A DNA stretch of 64,000 nt. It comes from a bacterium. GTDB taxonomy: Bacteria > UBA8248. The DNA is taken from contig OZ253442.1 of NCBI GenBank assembly GCA_965261085.1, positions 1,696,001 to 1,760,000 on the forward strand. Direction: 5' to 3'. This document shows positions 1 through 9,778 of the stretch, piece after piece. The position numbers and the translations under genes were made by a program. The notes under the pieces are model-generated. The model worked only from the letters and a program-made list of their open reading frames with translations. It had not been told where the DNA came from and searched no databases. The first letter of the stretch is position 1. Every line of letters starts with the position of its first letter.

Positions 1-252
1 AGGGTAAAAATTCGAACTGACAGCCAGTACGTTTATCGTGCGGTACAGGAAAATGCGATGATAAGTTCAAATACCGCGCTATGGAGTTGCTACAAAATCT
101 TGAGTGCTGAAAGAAAAATCGATGTTGTCTGGATAAAGGGTCACGCAGGTGATCAGCACAATGAACGAGCAAATGAACTGGCTCGGCAGCAGGCCAGTAA
201 CATGCTCGACTCATCCAAGGCGGGGGGATGGGCGCGCGTGGAATCGCCCTGA
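1..252 (+). CDS. rnhA: Ribonuclease HI, 3' part (5' end outside window)
   Basis: Frame 1 reads RVKIRTDSQYV...VVWIKGHAG.QHNERANELA, matching the RNase HI motifs TDSQY and WVKGH..NERAD. Confidence 0.8.
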   Translation, partial: RVKIRTDSQYVYRAVQENAMISSNTALWSCYKILSAERKIDVVWIKGHAGDQHNERANELARQQASNMLDSSKAGGWARVESP

Positions 253-295
253 CGGGATTCAGGAGGAGAGGAGCGCGTCGTCCCGCCTTAAGAAA

Positions 296-1180
296 TCACT
301 TGCCCCACACGACGGCCCATGCGCCCAGGACGGAACACGCCCCGCCGATGATGACCTGCGCGCTTATGCGCTCTTGTTTTCTGAAAAAAAGCCAGGAGAA
401 GAGGATGACGATCAGGATCGAGAGCCGGTTGATGGGAACCACCTGAATAACCTCTCCGTCCTTGATCGCCCACCAGAAGAAAAATGCGGCCAGAAAATTG
501 CACACCGCGCCCAGGGACGTGATCGTGAGCGAATGGCGGGTGAAGGGGGCGCTTTTCATCTGGAGCGTCGGGAGGAAGAAAAAGCTCGAGACCAGCAGTG
601 TGAGCGACGTCATGTTCGAGATGCTCATTCCCAGACTGACCGATGGAATGTGGACGAAGCCGTATTTGCGCACGATGTGCGAGATGCTCGCAAAGGCGGC
701 CCCCACCACGGGGATGAGGTAATAAGTGAGCGGAACCCGTCTTTCGATGGCTTTCTTGTCGTATAGGAGCAGGACCCCGCCCGCCATGATGCCCAGCGTC
801 CCCAGCGTCACCAGGGGGGTGAGCGTCTCGCCCAATAGAATGACGGCCAGCCCTGTGGACCAGATGAGCCCCGTTTGCGTCAGTATGGGCGTGCGGGCCA
901 GGCCCAGAAGCTTGATGGATATCATCCCCATGTAGCGCCCGCCCAATCCGCCGACCACCCCCACGAGAACGAACCACAAGACCCCGTAGAGCGGCCAGTG
1001 GTCGAGCCCCTCGCCCATCGCATAGAGGCCCAGGGCGAAGAAGGTGGTGATGATCGTCGCGATTACCGTAGTCACGAGGGGGCTCAAGCTCATGAGCGCG
1101 CCCCGGTAGAGGGTTCTGGCGACGGAGATGAAAAACGCCGAGAGAAGCGCCATCAGGTTGGGATGCAGTGGCTCGAGCAA
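296..1180 (-). CDS. DMT/EamA family transporter
   Basis: 294 aa, about 10 hydrophobic segments, duplicated EamA halves (LLGETLT, FRKQERIS). Confidence 0.85.
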   Translation of the reverse strand: MLEPLHPNLMALLSAFFISVARTLYRGALMSLSPLVTTVIATIITTFFALGLYAMGEGLDHWPLYGVLWFVLVGVVGGLGGRYMGMISIKLLGLARTPILTQTGLIWSTGLAVILLGETLTPLVTLGTLGIMAGGVLLLYDKKAIERRVPLTYYLIPVVGAAFASISHIVRKYGFVHIPSVSLGMSISNMTSLTLLVSSFFFLPTLQMKSAPFTRHSLTITSLGAVCNFLAAFFFWWAIKDGEVIQVVPINRLSILIVILFSWLFFRKQERISAQVIIGGACSVLGAWAVVWGK

Positions 1181-1302
1181 ATGGAAAACCTGAGATAAGA
1201 GAAAAACCTATTATCCACCCGCGGAGGGGGCAGGGCAAGGGAGGGGTTCCGACCAATGCAAGAGGAATTGCGACCGAAGAGGGATGATTGCGATTGGACC
1301 GA

Positions 1303-1380
1303 CGTCATTCCGGCGCATGCCGGAATCCAGGCGGACGAGGAGTTCATCGGTTCTAGATTCCAGCATGCGCCGGAATGACG
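1303..1380. repeat. Palindromic intergenic element (CGTCATTCCGGCGCATGCCGGAATCCAG...TAGATTCCAGCATGCGCCGGAATGACG)
   Basis: Nested inverted repeats; related copies at 3475-3577 and 51629-51706. Confidence 0.8.
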
Positions 1381-1425
1381 GTGTTACAGGACAATCTCGA
1401 CCGATGACGTAGGAGCAGCGCCTTT

Positions 1426-1610
1426 GTAGGTCGGACATATATGTCCGCCACCCATATATGCGTCCCATGCTCTATCGTCTTCAAAAGAAGGGTCGCAACA
1501 TGTGCGACCTCTACGAGGTTCCTCCTGCCCGCCACGCGCGAACGGCTCCTACGCCCTAGTAGGGTCCGTTCGCGAATGGTGGGGCGACCCCGAAATGAGG
1601 CCGCCCCTAC
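1426..1610. repeat. Cluster of GTAG-type REP-like palindromes
   Basis: GTAGGTCGGACATATATGTCCGCC (1426-1449), reverse copies GGTCGCAACATGTGCGACCTCTAC and GGGGCGACC...GGCCGCCCCTAC; similar elements at 46776, 46858, 51557 and 51743. Confidence 0.7.
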
Positions 1611-1622
1611 CATGTATTCGTT

Positions 1623-3398
1623 CTACTTCTCAGGCACCACGGGCAGCATGATGTAAGACGCGTGGTCCGGTCCGCAGTGGAGTGTCACGTTTTTCCCAAA
1701 TATCTCCTCGGGCCTGTCCGTGGGGTCATCGTGTAAGAACGGCCCGCAGCCCCTGAACACGTTCTTCATGTTCGAGAGTTTGTGTGTCGTGGCGCAACTG
1801 TACTCATAATCCTTGCCGCGCACGCTGAGCGCCAGCCGGTAGCCGGGGGGCGCCACGATGCAGGTGGGCCAGACCTCGATGTCGAGATCATATATCTCAC
1901 CGGGGTTTAAGTATTGCTTCTCATCATGCGCCTGGTAGGGCTTCCACTCGGTGGACAACTCGGGCACGAGCTTTCTGTGCGAGGCCCGGAGCCAGCCCTG
2001 CGCGATGGGGGTGTTCGGGTCGAGCGTGCCCTGGAAGGTGATCTCCTTCATATCGGGCGTGAACAGGCGCAAGACGAGGAACAAGTCCGCGTCCTCGGTT
2101 TCCGAGGAAACGAAAAGCTTGGACGCGATGGGGCCCGTTATCTCCGTCTCCTTCTCAAAGGGCGGCAGCATGAAGGTCACGCCGTCGCTCAACCCCGCGT
2201 AGGTGATGGTTTGCTTGGCCTCGAGAGGTGCGGAACCCAGGTTCATGTGGGCCGGGTCCAGATAAAACTTCGTCCACTGCGTGCGTGCGAGGGGCCATTC
2301 GTTCTCGCCGCGCTCGACGAATTTTTCCCCCACGTGTCGCACCTTGAGCATGACGGGCGGTTTTTCCATCCAGCCTGTGTCTTCACCCTTCAAGTAATGG
2401 CCAAAAAACTGTTTCTGGAGCTTTTCCCCGTAGGGGGTGTAAAACTCCGTCCAGTGCTCGAAGCCGTGGACTTCCAGCCATTTCTCGGTAGAGGCCGCCC
2501 GCATGAAGCCCTCGTAGTTTCCCCTGGGGTGTAAGCCCTGTCCGCCCCAACTCGCCGCCGAGATGAAGGGTGTTTTTATCTTGTCCCAGTGGGCGGAGCG
2601 ATCTGTATACCACTCGCCATCCAGCGGGCGTTCGAGGATGTCACCCCCGTAGTCCGAGCGGTTTTTCTCCATCTCTTCTTCGCTCAAGGTCTCGGGGCCG
2701 CAGGCCAGACCGCCGTGGACGCGGCTTTTCGGGCCGTTCTCCCCCAGGCCGTACTGCACGCTTTTGACCTGCATGTCGTACCAGTTGGCGAGGAACGTCG
2801 TGAGGATGCCGCCCTGGTGGCTCATGTCGCGGTAGAAATCGGCCGATCCCTCCCAGACGCACATGGCGGCCAGATTTTTGGGTTGCAGTCCCGCCACATG
2901 CCATTGGTTGATGGCGTAATAGGAGATTCCCGTGAGGCCCACCTTGCCGTTGCACCAGGGCTGCTCGCCCGCCCAGTCGATGCAGATGGCGAAATCCTTG
3001 GTCTCGCGCGGGGAGAAGTGGTCGATATAGCCCGGCGAGCGGCCGGCGCCGCGCGAATCCACGCGCACGCAGATGTAGCCGTCCGGCACCCATTTCTCGG
3101 GGTCCACGACCTCCCAGCTCTGGTGGACGTTCGAGGAGCCTTCGATGGCGTCTGGATGCGCGCCGGCGAAAAGCTCCCACGCCGTCTCGTACCCGTCCTG
3201 CCATGCCAGGTCCTTCGCATAGGGGCCGTAGCTTAATATGACGGGGTATTTGCCGTCATCATCGGGACGGTAGACGTTCGCCCGCAGCACCAGGCCGTCT
3301 TCCATCCGGATGGGGACGTCCCATTCGATAAGAAAGCCGTCTCGTTTCTCGGTTCGGTATTGAGGGTCCGTGCTCAGGTCGATATCGCTCATGTTCAC
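1623..3398 (-). CDS. CocE/NonD family hydrolase (peptidase S15-like), copy 1
   Basis: VPIRMEDGLVLRANVYRP, RVDSRGAGRSPG, nucleophile motif GISYY, C-terminal PepX-like domain (GWLRASHR). Confidence 0.9.
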   Translation of the reverse strand: MNMSDIDLSTDPQYRTEKRDGFLIEWDVPIRMEDGLVLRANVYRPDDDGKYPVILSYGPYAKDLAWQDGYETAWELFAGAHPDAIEGSSNVHQSWEVVDPEKWVPDGYICVRVDSRGAGRSPGYIDHFSPRETKDFAICIDWAGEQPWCNGKVGLTGISYYAINQWHVAGLQPKNLAAMCVWEGSADFYRDMSHQGGILTTFLANWYDMQVKSVQYGLGENGPKSRVHGGLACGPETLSEEEMEKNRSDYGGDILERPLDGEWYTDRSAHWDKIKTPFISAASWGGQGLHPRGNYEGFMRAASTEKWLEVHGFEHWTEFYTPYGEKLQKQFFGHYLKGEDTGWMEKPPVMLKVRHVGEKFVERGENEWPLARTQWTKFYLDPAHMNLGSAPLEAKQTITYAGLSDGVTFMLPPFEKETEITGPIASKLFVSSETEDADLFLVLRLFTPDMKEITFQGTLDPNTPIAQGWLRASHRKLVPELSTEWKPYQAHDEKQYLNPGEIYDLDIEVWPTCIVAPPGYRLALSVRGKDYEYSCATTHKLSNMKNVFRGCGPFLHDDPTDRPEEIFGKNVTLHCGPDHASYIMLPVVPEK

Positions 3399-3474
3399 CT
3401 CATCGGTTCATTGTGGAAACAACGCGCCCCGAATGGGCTTTTTCATAACTCTGTCTTGGTATCCGCTTAAAGCT

Positions 3475-3577
3475 CGTCATTCCGTGATGATTTAACACGG
3501 AATCCAGAAACACCCCAAGCTAGGCGTCTCACCTTTGGAAACCTCCGGATTCCGCCTGAGAGCATGGCGGGATGACG
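3475..3577. repeat. Palindromic intergenic element, divergent copy
   Basis: CGTCATTCCGTG...CACGGAATCCAG...GGATTCCGCC...GGCGGGATGACG. Confidence 0.65.
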
Positions 3578-3605
3578 TATATTCAATATGCCATCGCCTC
3601 CGTTC

Positions 3606-5357
3606 TTATTTCTCGGGTATCACCGGCAGCATCACGTAGGCCGCGTGCTCTCCGCCGCAGTGTAAGGTGACGTTTTTCCCGAACACCGCGGCCGGCCTGT
3701 CCTTGGGGTCGGTGTGAATAAAACAACCGCAACCAGTGAACTCGTTTTTCATGTTGGAGAGGCCGCCGCCCACGCCGCCCGGATATTCATAGTCCTTTCC
3801 GCGCACCGTGAAGGCGACCCGGTAGCCCTCGGGAATCACGATGCAGGTCGGCCAAATCTCGATGTCGAGTTCATAGACCGCACCCGGCGTCAGGGGTTGT
3901 TCCTCATCGTGCGTGTGGTAGGGCCTGTAGGGCAGTGTTTTTTCAGGGTCGAGTTTCCTGTGCGAGGCTCTCAGCCAGCCCTGCGCGATGGGGGTGTGCG
4001 GGTCGAGTGCGCCCTGGAATACGACTTCTTCCATGTTGGGCGAGAAGACGCGCACGACGAGGAAGAGGTCCGCGTCCCTCGACTCTGAGGACACGAAGAG
4101 CTTGGCCGCTATGGGGCCGGTGACTTCCGTGTCTTCGGAGATGGGCGTCGTGGTGAAGGTGACGCCGTCGCTGAAGCCCGCGTAGGTGGTGGCCGCAGCA
4201 TCTGCGACGGGGGCGTCTTCGAGCGAGTGTGTATTCGCGTTTAAGTAGTATTTCGTCCACTGCGTCCGCGCGAGGGGCCATTCGCTCTCGTGTCGCTCGA
4301 CGAAGCGCTCGCCGGGGTGGCGCACCTGGAGCAGCACCCGGGGCTGCTCCGGCCAGCCGGTGTCCTCGCCCTTGAGATAGTGGCCAAAGAATTTCTTCTG
4401 CATGTTGACGCCGTAGTCGGTGTAAAACTCCGTCCAGTGTTCGATGCCGTGGACTTCGAGCCATTTCTCCTCACAGCCGGTTTCGAGAAAACCCTCGAAG
4501 TTCCCGCGCGGGTGCAAGCCCTGTCCGCCCCAGTTGGCCGAAGAGAGGAGGGGTACCTGGATTTTACTGAAATCGGGCATTCTCGACTGCCAGAATTCGT
4601 CGGTGTCCAGCTTGTGGGAAAAACAATCCTCGCCGAAATCGTTTCGGTTCGCGCCGAGTTCCTCCTCGGTGAGGGTCGGAGGGCCGGAAACCCAATCGCC
4701 CGTGAAGCGGCTCTTGAAGCCGCGCTTGCCGCGACCGTGCTGCACGCTGTAGACCTGCATCTCGGGCCAGTTGCGCGCGAAGCCGTTACAGAAGATGCCG
4801 CCGTGGTGAGCCATTTCCCGGTAATAATCGGCCGCCCCCTCCCAGACGCACATGGCGGTCAGGTGCGGCGGCTGGAGCTCGCCCACCTGCCACTGGTTCA
4901 TGCCGTAATAGGAGATGCCGTTCAGCCCGATCTTGCCCGTGCTCCAGGGCTGCACCGCCGCCCATTCGATGCACTGGTAGAAGTCTTGCGCCTCGCGCGC
5001 CGACCAGATGTCGATGACGCCTGGGGATCTGCCCGCGCCGCGCGAATCCACGCGAATGCAGACGTAGCCGTCGGGCACCCATTTTTCCGGGTCCACGACC
5101 TCCCAGTTCTGGTACTTGTTGGTGGAGCCTGCGGGCACGTCAGGGTGTTCCTCGACCATGCGCGTCCAGCAGGTCTCGTATAGGTCTTCAAAGTGCAGGT
5201 ATTTCCCGTACGGGCCGTACGTCATGATGACGGGGTATTTCCCGTCGTCCTGGGGGCGGTATACGTCGCACCGCAGAACGACGCCGTCTTCCATGGGGAT
5301 GGGCGCGTCCCAGTCGATGCGCATCCCGTCTCTGTCTTCGGTCTTGAAATCGCTCAT
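3606..5357 (-). CDS. CocE/NonD family hydrolase, copy 2
   Basis: Same motifs as 1623-3398 (GISYY, WEVVDPEKWVPDGY); clear tandem paralogue. Confidence 0.9.
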   Translation of the reverse strand: MSDFKTEDRDGMRIDWDAPIPMEDGVVLRCDVYRPQDDGKYPVIMTYGPYGKYLHFEDLYETCWTRMVEEHPDVPAGSTNKYQNWEVVDPEKWVPDGYVCIRVDSRGAGRSPGVIDIWSAREAQDFYQCIEWAAVQPWSTGKIGLNGISYYGMNQWQVGELQPPHLTAMCVWEGAADYYREMAHHGGIFCNGFARNWPEMQVYSVQHGRGKRGFKSRFTGDWVSGPPTLTEEELGANRNDFGEDCFSHKLDTDEFWQSRMPDFSKIQVPLLSSANWGGQGLHPRGNFEGFLETGCEEKWLEVHGIEHWTEFYTDYGVNMQKKFFGHYLKGEDTGWPEQPRVLLQVRHPGERFVERHESEWPLARTQWTKYYLNANTHSLEDAPVADAAATTYAGFSDGVTFTTTPISEDTEVTGPIAAKLFVSSESRDADLFLVVRVFSPNMEEVVFQGALDPHTPIAQGWLRASHRKLDPEKTLPYRPYHTHDEEQPLTPGAVYELDIEIWPTCIVIPEGYRVAFTVRGKDYEYPGGVGGGLSNMKNEFTGCGCFIHTDPKDRPAAVFGKNVTLHCGGEHAAYVMLPVIPEK

Positions 5358-5519
5358 TCTGTCTTTCTCCTTCGTTCGTCAAAGGTGTTTTAGAACAGGC
5401 GGCGCGAATGGCCGCCACGAAAAATTTGGTTGTCCTATCGGTGAACGCGGCGATTATAGCGGGCTTGCGCTTCGTGATCCAGATGGGCGGGCCAATCGCG
5501 ACTGATGAAGGAGCGATTG

Positions 5520-5660
5520 CTTGCGGATGAGGAAAGCATCCGTTCGCAAACCTCCTCGCTCGGAATTGACCCCCACCGGTTCGCTTGCGGGCTTGCGCCC
5601 TAAGCTCACCGACGGACTTTCCCCTCGGAAAGCCCGACCCTCAAGGGGGGAGTGGTATTC
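5520..5660. repeat. Intergenic palindromic element (ACCCCCACCGG...ACCCTCAAGGGGGGAGT type)
   Basis: Non-coding hairpin-rich segment resembling common GC-rich intergenic repeats; single copy in this window. Confidence 0.35.
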
Positions 5661-5707
5661 GTTATTGTTCATAGGTTTCGTAGGTTAGGTCGCGACCCGC
5701 GCTCCCC

Positions 5708-6739
5708 TCAATTCGTCCGGTAGGCCTGCGTGATGGCCTGGCTCGAGGTGTTCCAGCCCGGGATGACGAGACACGAGGGGCCGGGGATGCCCCCTGCGAC
5801 GATTAAGAGAATGTCTTCTGGCTCATGCACCATGGGGACGGGGAAATCATCGTCTTCGTGGTCCACCCAGGCCGGCCAGCGCGAGAGTTCGGGCCCCCGG
5901 TAGCGCCCGCCTTTTTTAAGCACCCCCACGGGCATTCTCGCCCGCTCGAAGAGTTCTCGTTTCACATCCGCTCGGCTCAGGCCCCCCCGCGCGAGAATGT
6001 CGGCGTGATCGGGGCCGACGACGATGACCCAGTTCGTCTGCGTGTAGGCCGTCGTGGCGCCCATCGCGCACATCGTGCTCGCCAGGGTGGTGAGGACGCC
6101 TTCGGGCTTTGCGCTCACGTCGTCCATGGCCATGCGCGGGGGTTCGGCGTTGCAGACCGTGAGGACGTCGGCATCCCGCCCGTAGCCGAAATCGCCCGGC
6201 AGCGGCTCCCAGGGGCTTTGCTCCTCGTTCTCACGGACGCAGTAGGTGAATTTCGAGGGGCTGCCGAAGGTGCTCATGTCCGAGACGCCCGGAAGCCCGC
6301 CCCCTAAATTCATCATGATGAGCCTTATCGCCCGGCCGATGGTGGCGTTCGCCCGAAAGCCGGGGCCGAAACAGCCGGAACCCCCGTGGACGCCGATCTC
6401 ACGGGCGTAGGGGCCGTTCAGTATCAACAAAGGCCCGCCGGTGAACATGGTGGCCTGAATGCCCACGAGGTTGAAGCGCTCGACCAGCATGGTCTCCATG
6501 GCTCCGAGCACCACGGGCAGATATTCGGGTTTGCAGCCCGCCATCACGGCGTGTAAGGCGACGCTTTCCACAGTCGCCGTGTTCAGCGAGGGGGGAACGT
6601 CTCCCAGCACCTCTGCCGGATCTCTGCTAGTGCCGCCCAGCATCCAGGCGAGGCGCTCGGGCGTGGGCGTCACCACGGGCAGCCCGTCCGACCAGGGCAT
6701 CTCGAAAAAATACTCAAAAGGGTCCGTCGTCTGGTTCAT
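5708..6739 (-). CDS. Uncharacterised protein of the WSDGLPVVPPT family (often associated with UGSC/thioredoxin-like proteins)
   Basis: WSDGLPVVTPT, AVMAGCKPEYLPVV, FGPGFRANATIGRA, EQSPW motifs. Confidence 0.7.
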   Translation of the reverse strand: MNQTTDPFEYFFEMPWSDGLPVVTPTPERLAWMLGGTSRDPAEVLGDVPPSLNTATVESVALHAVMAGCKPEYLPVVLGAMETMLVERFNLVGIQATMFTGGPLLILNGPYAREIGVHGGSGCFGPGFRANATIGRAIRLIMMNLGGGLPGVSDMSTFGSPSKFTYCVRENEEQSPWEPLPGDFGYGRDADVLTVCNAEPPRMAMDDVSAKPEGVLTTLASTMCAMGATTAYTQTNWVIVVGPDHADILARGGLSRADVKRELFERARMPVGVLKKGGRYRGPELSRWPAWVDHEDDDFPVPMVHEPEDILLIVAGGIPGPSCLVIPGWNTSSQAITQAYRTN

Positions 6740-6748
6740 CGCGTGTCC

Positions 6749-7642
6749 TTACAGGGTGAGATTGTAGAAATTTCTTGCGTTCTCGAACGACACTTTGCGG
6801 ATCGCCTCCTCCGATAAACCGGCGTTTCGCATGGCACGCAGCGTCTTGGGAACCGAGAGGATGTCGATGGGCCGGTAGCCCAGGTGGTCGGAGTTCAGCA
6901 TGATACGGTCCGGCCCGAATGTCTCCACCCACTCGATGACCTGGGCGGGCTGGAGCGGCCTGAGCGCGCTGCCGATGCTGATGGCGCACATGGCGCGCGT
7001 GTTCTTGTGGATGTATTCGACCGTCGTGGCGTCGGTGTGATCGACTGCGACTTGGGCTTCATCGAAACCGGCCTTGGCCAGCACCTCTAAATCTTTTTGC
7101 ATGTAATGAAGCCGGATTTGCTCGGGCGGCACGTCTTCCTGCACGGCGACTTTGCCCAGAAAATCCTTGCTCTTTTTAGGAGTCGGCGTATGCAGGATGA
7201 TGGGTTTATCGTGTTTTTTGGCTATCTCCGCCTGGGCTTCGAGGCAGGCGGCTTGTTCTTCCATCGGCCAGGTGAGGGAGAAATATTGCGTGGGGTCCAG
7301 GCCGATCTCCCCGAAGGCGACGACGCCGGGGTTTTCGAGTAAGCCGGGGAGTTCCGCCAACAATTTTTCCCAGTCGTTCACCCGCGTCATCGAGCTGATG
7401 CCGACCGCGCAGTGGATTTTGATGAAGTGCTGCGCCTCCAGAGCCCGGACCATCTCGATGGGGCCCTCCCAGAAGCGCATGATGTCGTCGTAGCCCGGCG
7501 CTTCGTCCCACACCTCGCGGTAGAGGTGGGGGTTGCCGCAGGAGAGCACCGCCGCGCGCATACCCGTCGTGCCGAGGAGTTCCCATTCGTCCCAGTTCAG
7601 GGCGTGCATGTGGTTGTGGCTGTCGATGTATTCGCCGAACAT
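6749..7642 (-). CDS. TatD-family metal-dependent hydrolase
   Basis: DSHNH, GEIGLD, ILHTP, VDH, MLNSD metal-binding motifs. Confidence 0.85.
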   Translation of the reverse strand: MFGEYIDSHNHMHALNWDEWELLGTTGMRAAVLSCGNPHLYREVWDEAPGYDDIMRFWEGPIEMVRALEAQHFIKIHCAVGISSMTRVNDWEKLLAELPGLLENPGVVAFGEIGLDPTQYFSLTWPMEEQAACLEAQAEIAKKHDKPIILHTPTPKKSKDFLGKVAVQEDVPPEQIRLHYMQKDLEVLAKAGFDEAQVAVDHTDATTVEYIHKNTRAMCAISIGSALRPLQPAQVIEWVETFGPDRIMLNSDHLGYRPIDILSVPKTLRAMRNAGLSEEAIRKVSFENARNFYNLTL

Positions 7643-7995
7643 CGGAACCTCTCAGCTCGTTGGACGCTTTGAGGGTCAACCTATCCGCATGAACCCCGGG
7701 GGTCAAGGGGAGGAGGGGAATAGGGAATATCAGGCGGGAGTGAAGCCCTACAATAACCAATGCCGGAGACGCGTGCTCCCGGCGATAGAATTGGACTCTA
7801 TATATCGCGGGGTGGGTTACGAGAAGATCGGCCCGCGTTCCGTCCGCCGTATCGCGGATGGTCTCGCTCGGCTGGCCTGTGGTAAAGTCATCTATAATTG
7901 TTACGTTCGCAACAATATCCGCCAGTGTCGACCCGTGCACGGTTTCCCGAAGATGAACTATTAACTACTACAGTTCGCCCCAGTATGCTAGGTTA

Positions 7996-8412
7996 CTATA
8001 TTGAAGAGTTACGAATTGCACTGACAATACTGTTTGTTTGCCATCCGACCATCTCGTCTGCAAGGTTTTGTACATCGACCGGGACGCGAATTTGGCCCCA
8101 TGGAACGATGCCAATGATTGGCTTTCGGTAGGCGCGGGCGGTATCGATTTCCTCCTGAATCCATTTCCGGTGATTCAAATACATCCCCGACACGACCAAA
8201 AAGCAGTTAACAGGCCGAATTTGTCTGTCGAGTGCCGTGCTAAGTTCCTTATCGGTCTTGGTTCCTAGTGGATCGTGCTCTGGTACGGAGTAGTTTCTCC
8301 AAGAAAAATTTGGGGCGGAACCAAGCAACTCCGCAAGGCGATAATATTCCGAGTTCTCGGTGCTGCGCCATACGTGACTCAAGAAAAGATCATATGTTTT
8401 GAGAATAGGCAT
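7996..8412 (-). CDS. TIR-domain protein (Thoeris ThsB / DUF1863-like)
   Basis: N-terminal YDLFLSHVW, NYSVP, LVVSGMY...WIQEEI with the catalytic-type Glu, KPIIGI.PWG. Confidence 0.85.
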   Translation of the reverse strand: MPILKTYDLFLSHVWRSTENSEYYRLAELLGSAPNFSWRNYSVPEHDPLGTKTDKELSTALDRQIRPVNCFLVVSGMYLNHRKWIQEEIDTARAYRKPIIGIVPWGQIRVPVDVQNLADEMVGWQTNSIVSAIRNSSI

Positions 8413-8429
8413 CGGATATCACTTTGCAG

Positions 8430-8978
8430 TTATGGATACAAAACTTGGCACACATAACTTGCCACAAAACCGAGGCCAAGAATACCGTATAAAAGCATGA
8501 ATATAATAGGAACAATCTTCTCGCTATTTGTAGAAGCCTTGTATATCTCCGGATTTATCCCTTCGCCTAGAGCATGCCACTCTGCGGCAAATAGCGCCAT
8601 CGGTAGATGCTTCTCAATAAGATGGATTATCTTAAATTTCCCTGTGTTGAGTTGGTTGTATGAGTGAATTAATGTGCGCCAAGCATGACAGATGAAGCAC
8701 CCGGCCACAGAAACAACTATGATGCCTACTGTAACCAGTTCTATTTTGATCGCGTTTTTCCCCATCAACCCAATAGCCAAGCCTAGTGCCGACATAGACA
8801 GAGTATTTATTGAAAAAAAGAAAGTATTCACTGTTTGGCGACGCGACACCAATTTCTCAGATGTTTCGACAAATATTTTATACTGTTCCAAGATAATTGA
8901 CAGCTGTCCACTTTCGTTATTTGGAACTCCTTGAGGAAATAGAGTCGATTCTAAGTCGAGTTCTCTAAGCTTAGTCAT
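8430..8978 (-). CDS. Small multi-pass membrane protein, candidate pore-forming effector
   Basis: LEQYKIFVETSEKLVSRRQTVNTFF helix, two TM segments, W...I.SY.QLN.GKF.II..IE motif, C-terminal TM; sits between two TIR genes. Confidence 0.7.
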   Translation of the reverse strand: MTKLRELDLESTLFPQGVPNNESGQLSIILEQYKIFVETSEKLVSRRQTVNTFFFSINTLSMSALGLAIGLMGKNAIKIELVTVGIIVVSVAGCFICHAWRTLIHSYNQLNTGKFKIIHLIEKHLPMALFAAEWHALGEGINPEIYKASTNSEKIVPIIFMLLYGILGLGFVASYVCQVLYP

Positions 8979-9481
8979 TTCACCAGTTCTCTCAATCTTA
9001 GCTGCGCTTCATATGACAGCAATTTAAAATCGTAAGATAGTGGCGCAATGGAATTTTCTCTTAATATCGGGGGAATCTGTACTGCACCGTCAACGATTCG
9101 TATTGGGACAACTGGCTTTGCAAGTTCAATCGCTTTGCTAATTTCCCAAGTGACAGCGGCACTTCTGTGAGTTTCTCCACCAATCAAACAGATAAAGAAG
9201 GTTGATTGTCCAATCTTTGTCTCGCAGTGGGATTTCCAATCTTGTTCGTAAATGTCTGTTACAGGGTGCCCCAACAGTCGAAGATGCGGATATTGATGAC
9301 TCACTTTTTTCCTAAACAAGGCAGCATACAACTTATCAGTTGTGGAAAAACTGACAAACGCGCTTGTATCCGAGTCATTTAGAAGACGACGCGAGAACAT
9401 TGACAATTTATCTTTACATGAAGTTACCTGCTGAACATTCAACATTAGCAATTCCCAAGCCGAGGTTGGTTCTTTGTCCAC
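8975..9481 (-). CDS. Second TIR-domain protein (true start probably internal, e.g. MFSRR)
   Basis: AFVSFS...ICLIGGETHRSAAVTWEISKAIELAKPVVPI matches the TIR core; stop overlaps the next start by 4 bp. Confidence 0.75.
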   Translation of the reverse strand: MDKEPTSAWELLMLNVQQVTSCKDKLSMFSRRLLNDSDTSAFVSFSTTDKLYAALFRKKVSHQYPHLRLLGHPVTDIYEQDWKSHCETKIGQSTFFICLIGGETHRSAAVTWEISKAIELAKPVVPIRIVDGAVQIPPILRENSIAPLSYDFKLLSYEAQLRLRELVK

Positions 9482-9610
9482 TAGGTAGCGTCAAACGTTG
9501 CACCCAACTTTTCGACCCGGTGAATCCAACGACCAGATACAACGTCGGACCATATGATGACAGCCCGGTCTCTTGATGGCCGCCACCTCTTTCGCCGTTA
9601 TGTTTTTCAT
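9450..9610 (-). pseudogene. Frameshifted, truncated tyrosine-integrase N-terminus (Arm-DNA-binding domain, P4-like)
   Basis: MKNITAKEVAAIKRPG in one frame continues as GPTLYLVVGFTGSKSWVQRLTLPSGQRTNLGLG in another; lies beside a tRNA 3' end. Confidence 0.75.
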
Positions 9611-9778
9611 GGAAAATTCTCCCCAAAAATTGATTTGCCACGCAAAATACCACTCCCAAAACCGGAATACAACGGAAGCAAACGGAGGCGTCAAGGTGCA
9701 GTGCGCAACAAAAAATCAATATTTCTCAATCATTTGTTGAGAATATTGGAATGGTGTGAAATTTAGTGGAAACATGAG

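Noticed and set aside
5360-6739. UGSC-type selenoprotein or UGA read-through
   Set aside because: No in-frame TGA within a recognisable motif and no partner ORF seen
7640-8000. att-site duplication of the tRNA-Arg 3' end
   Set aside because: No copy of TGGTGCGCGTGGCAGG found by eye, so the island end cannot be fixed
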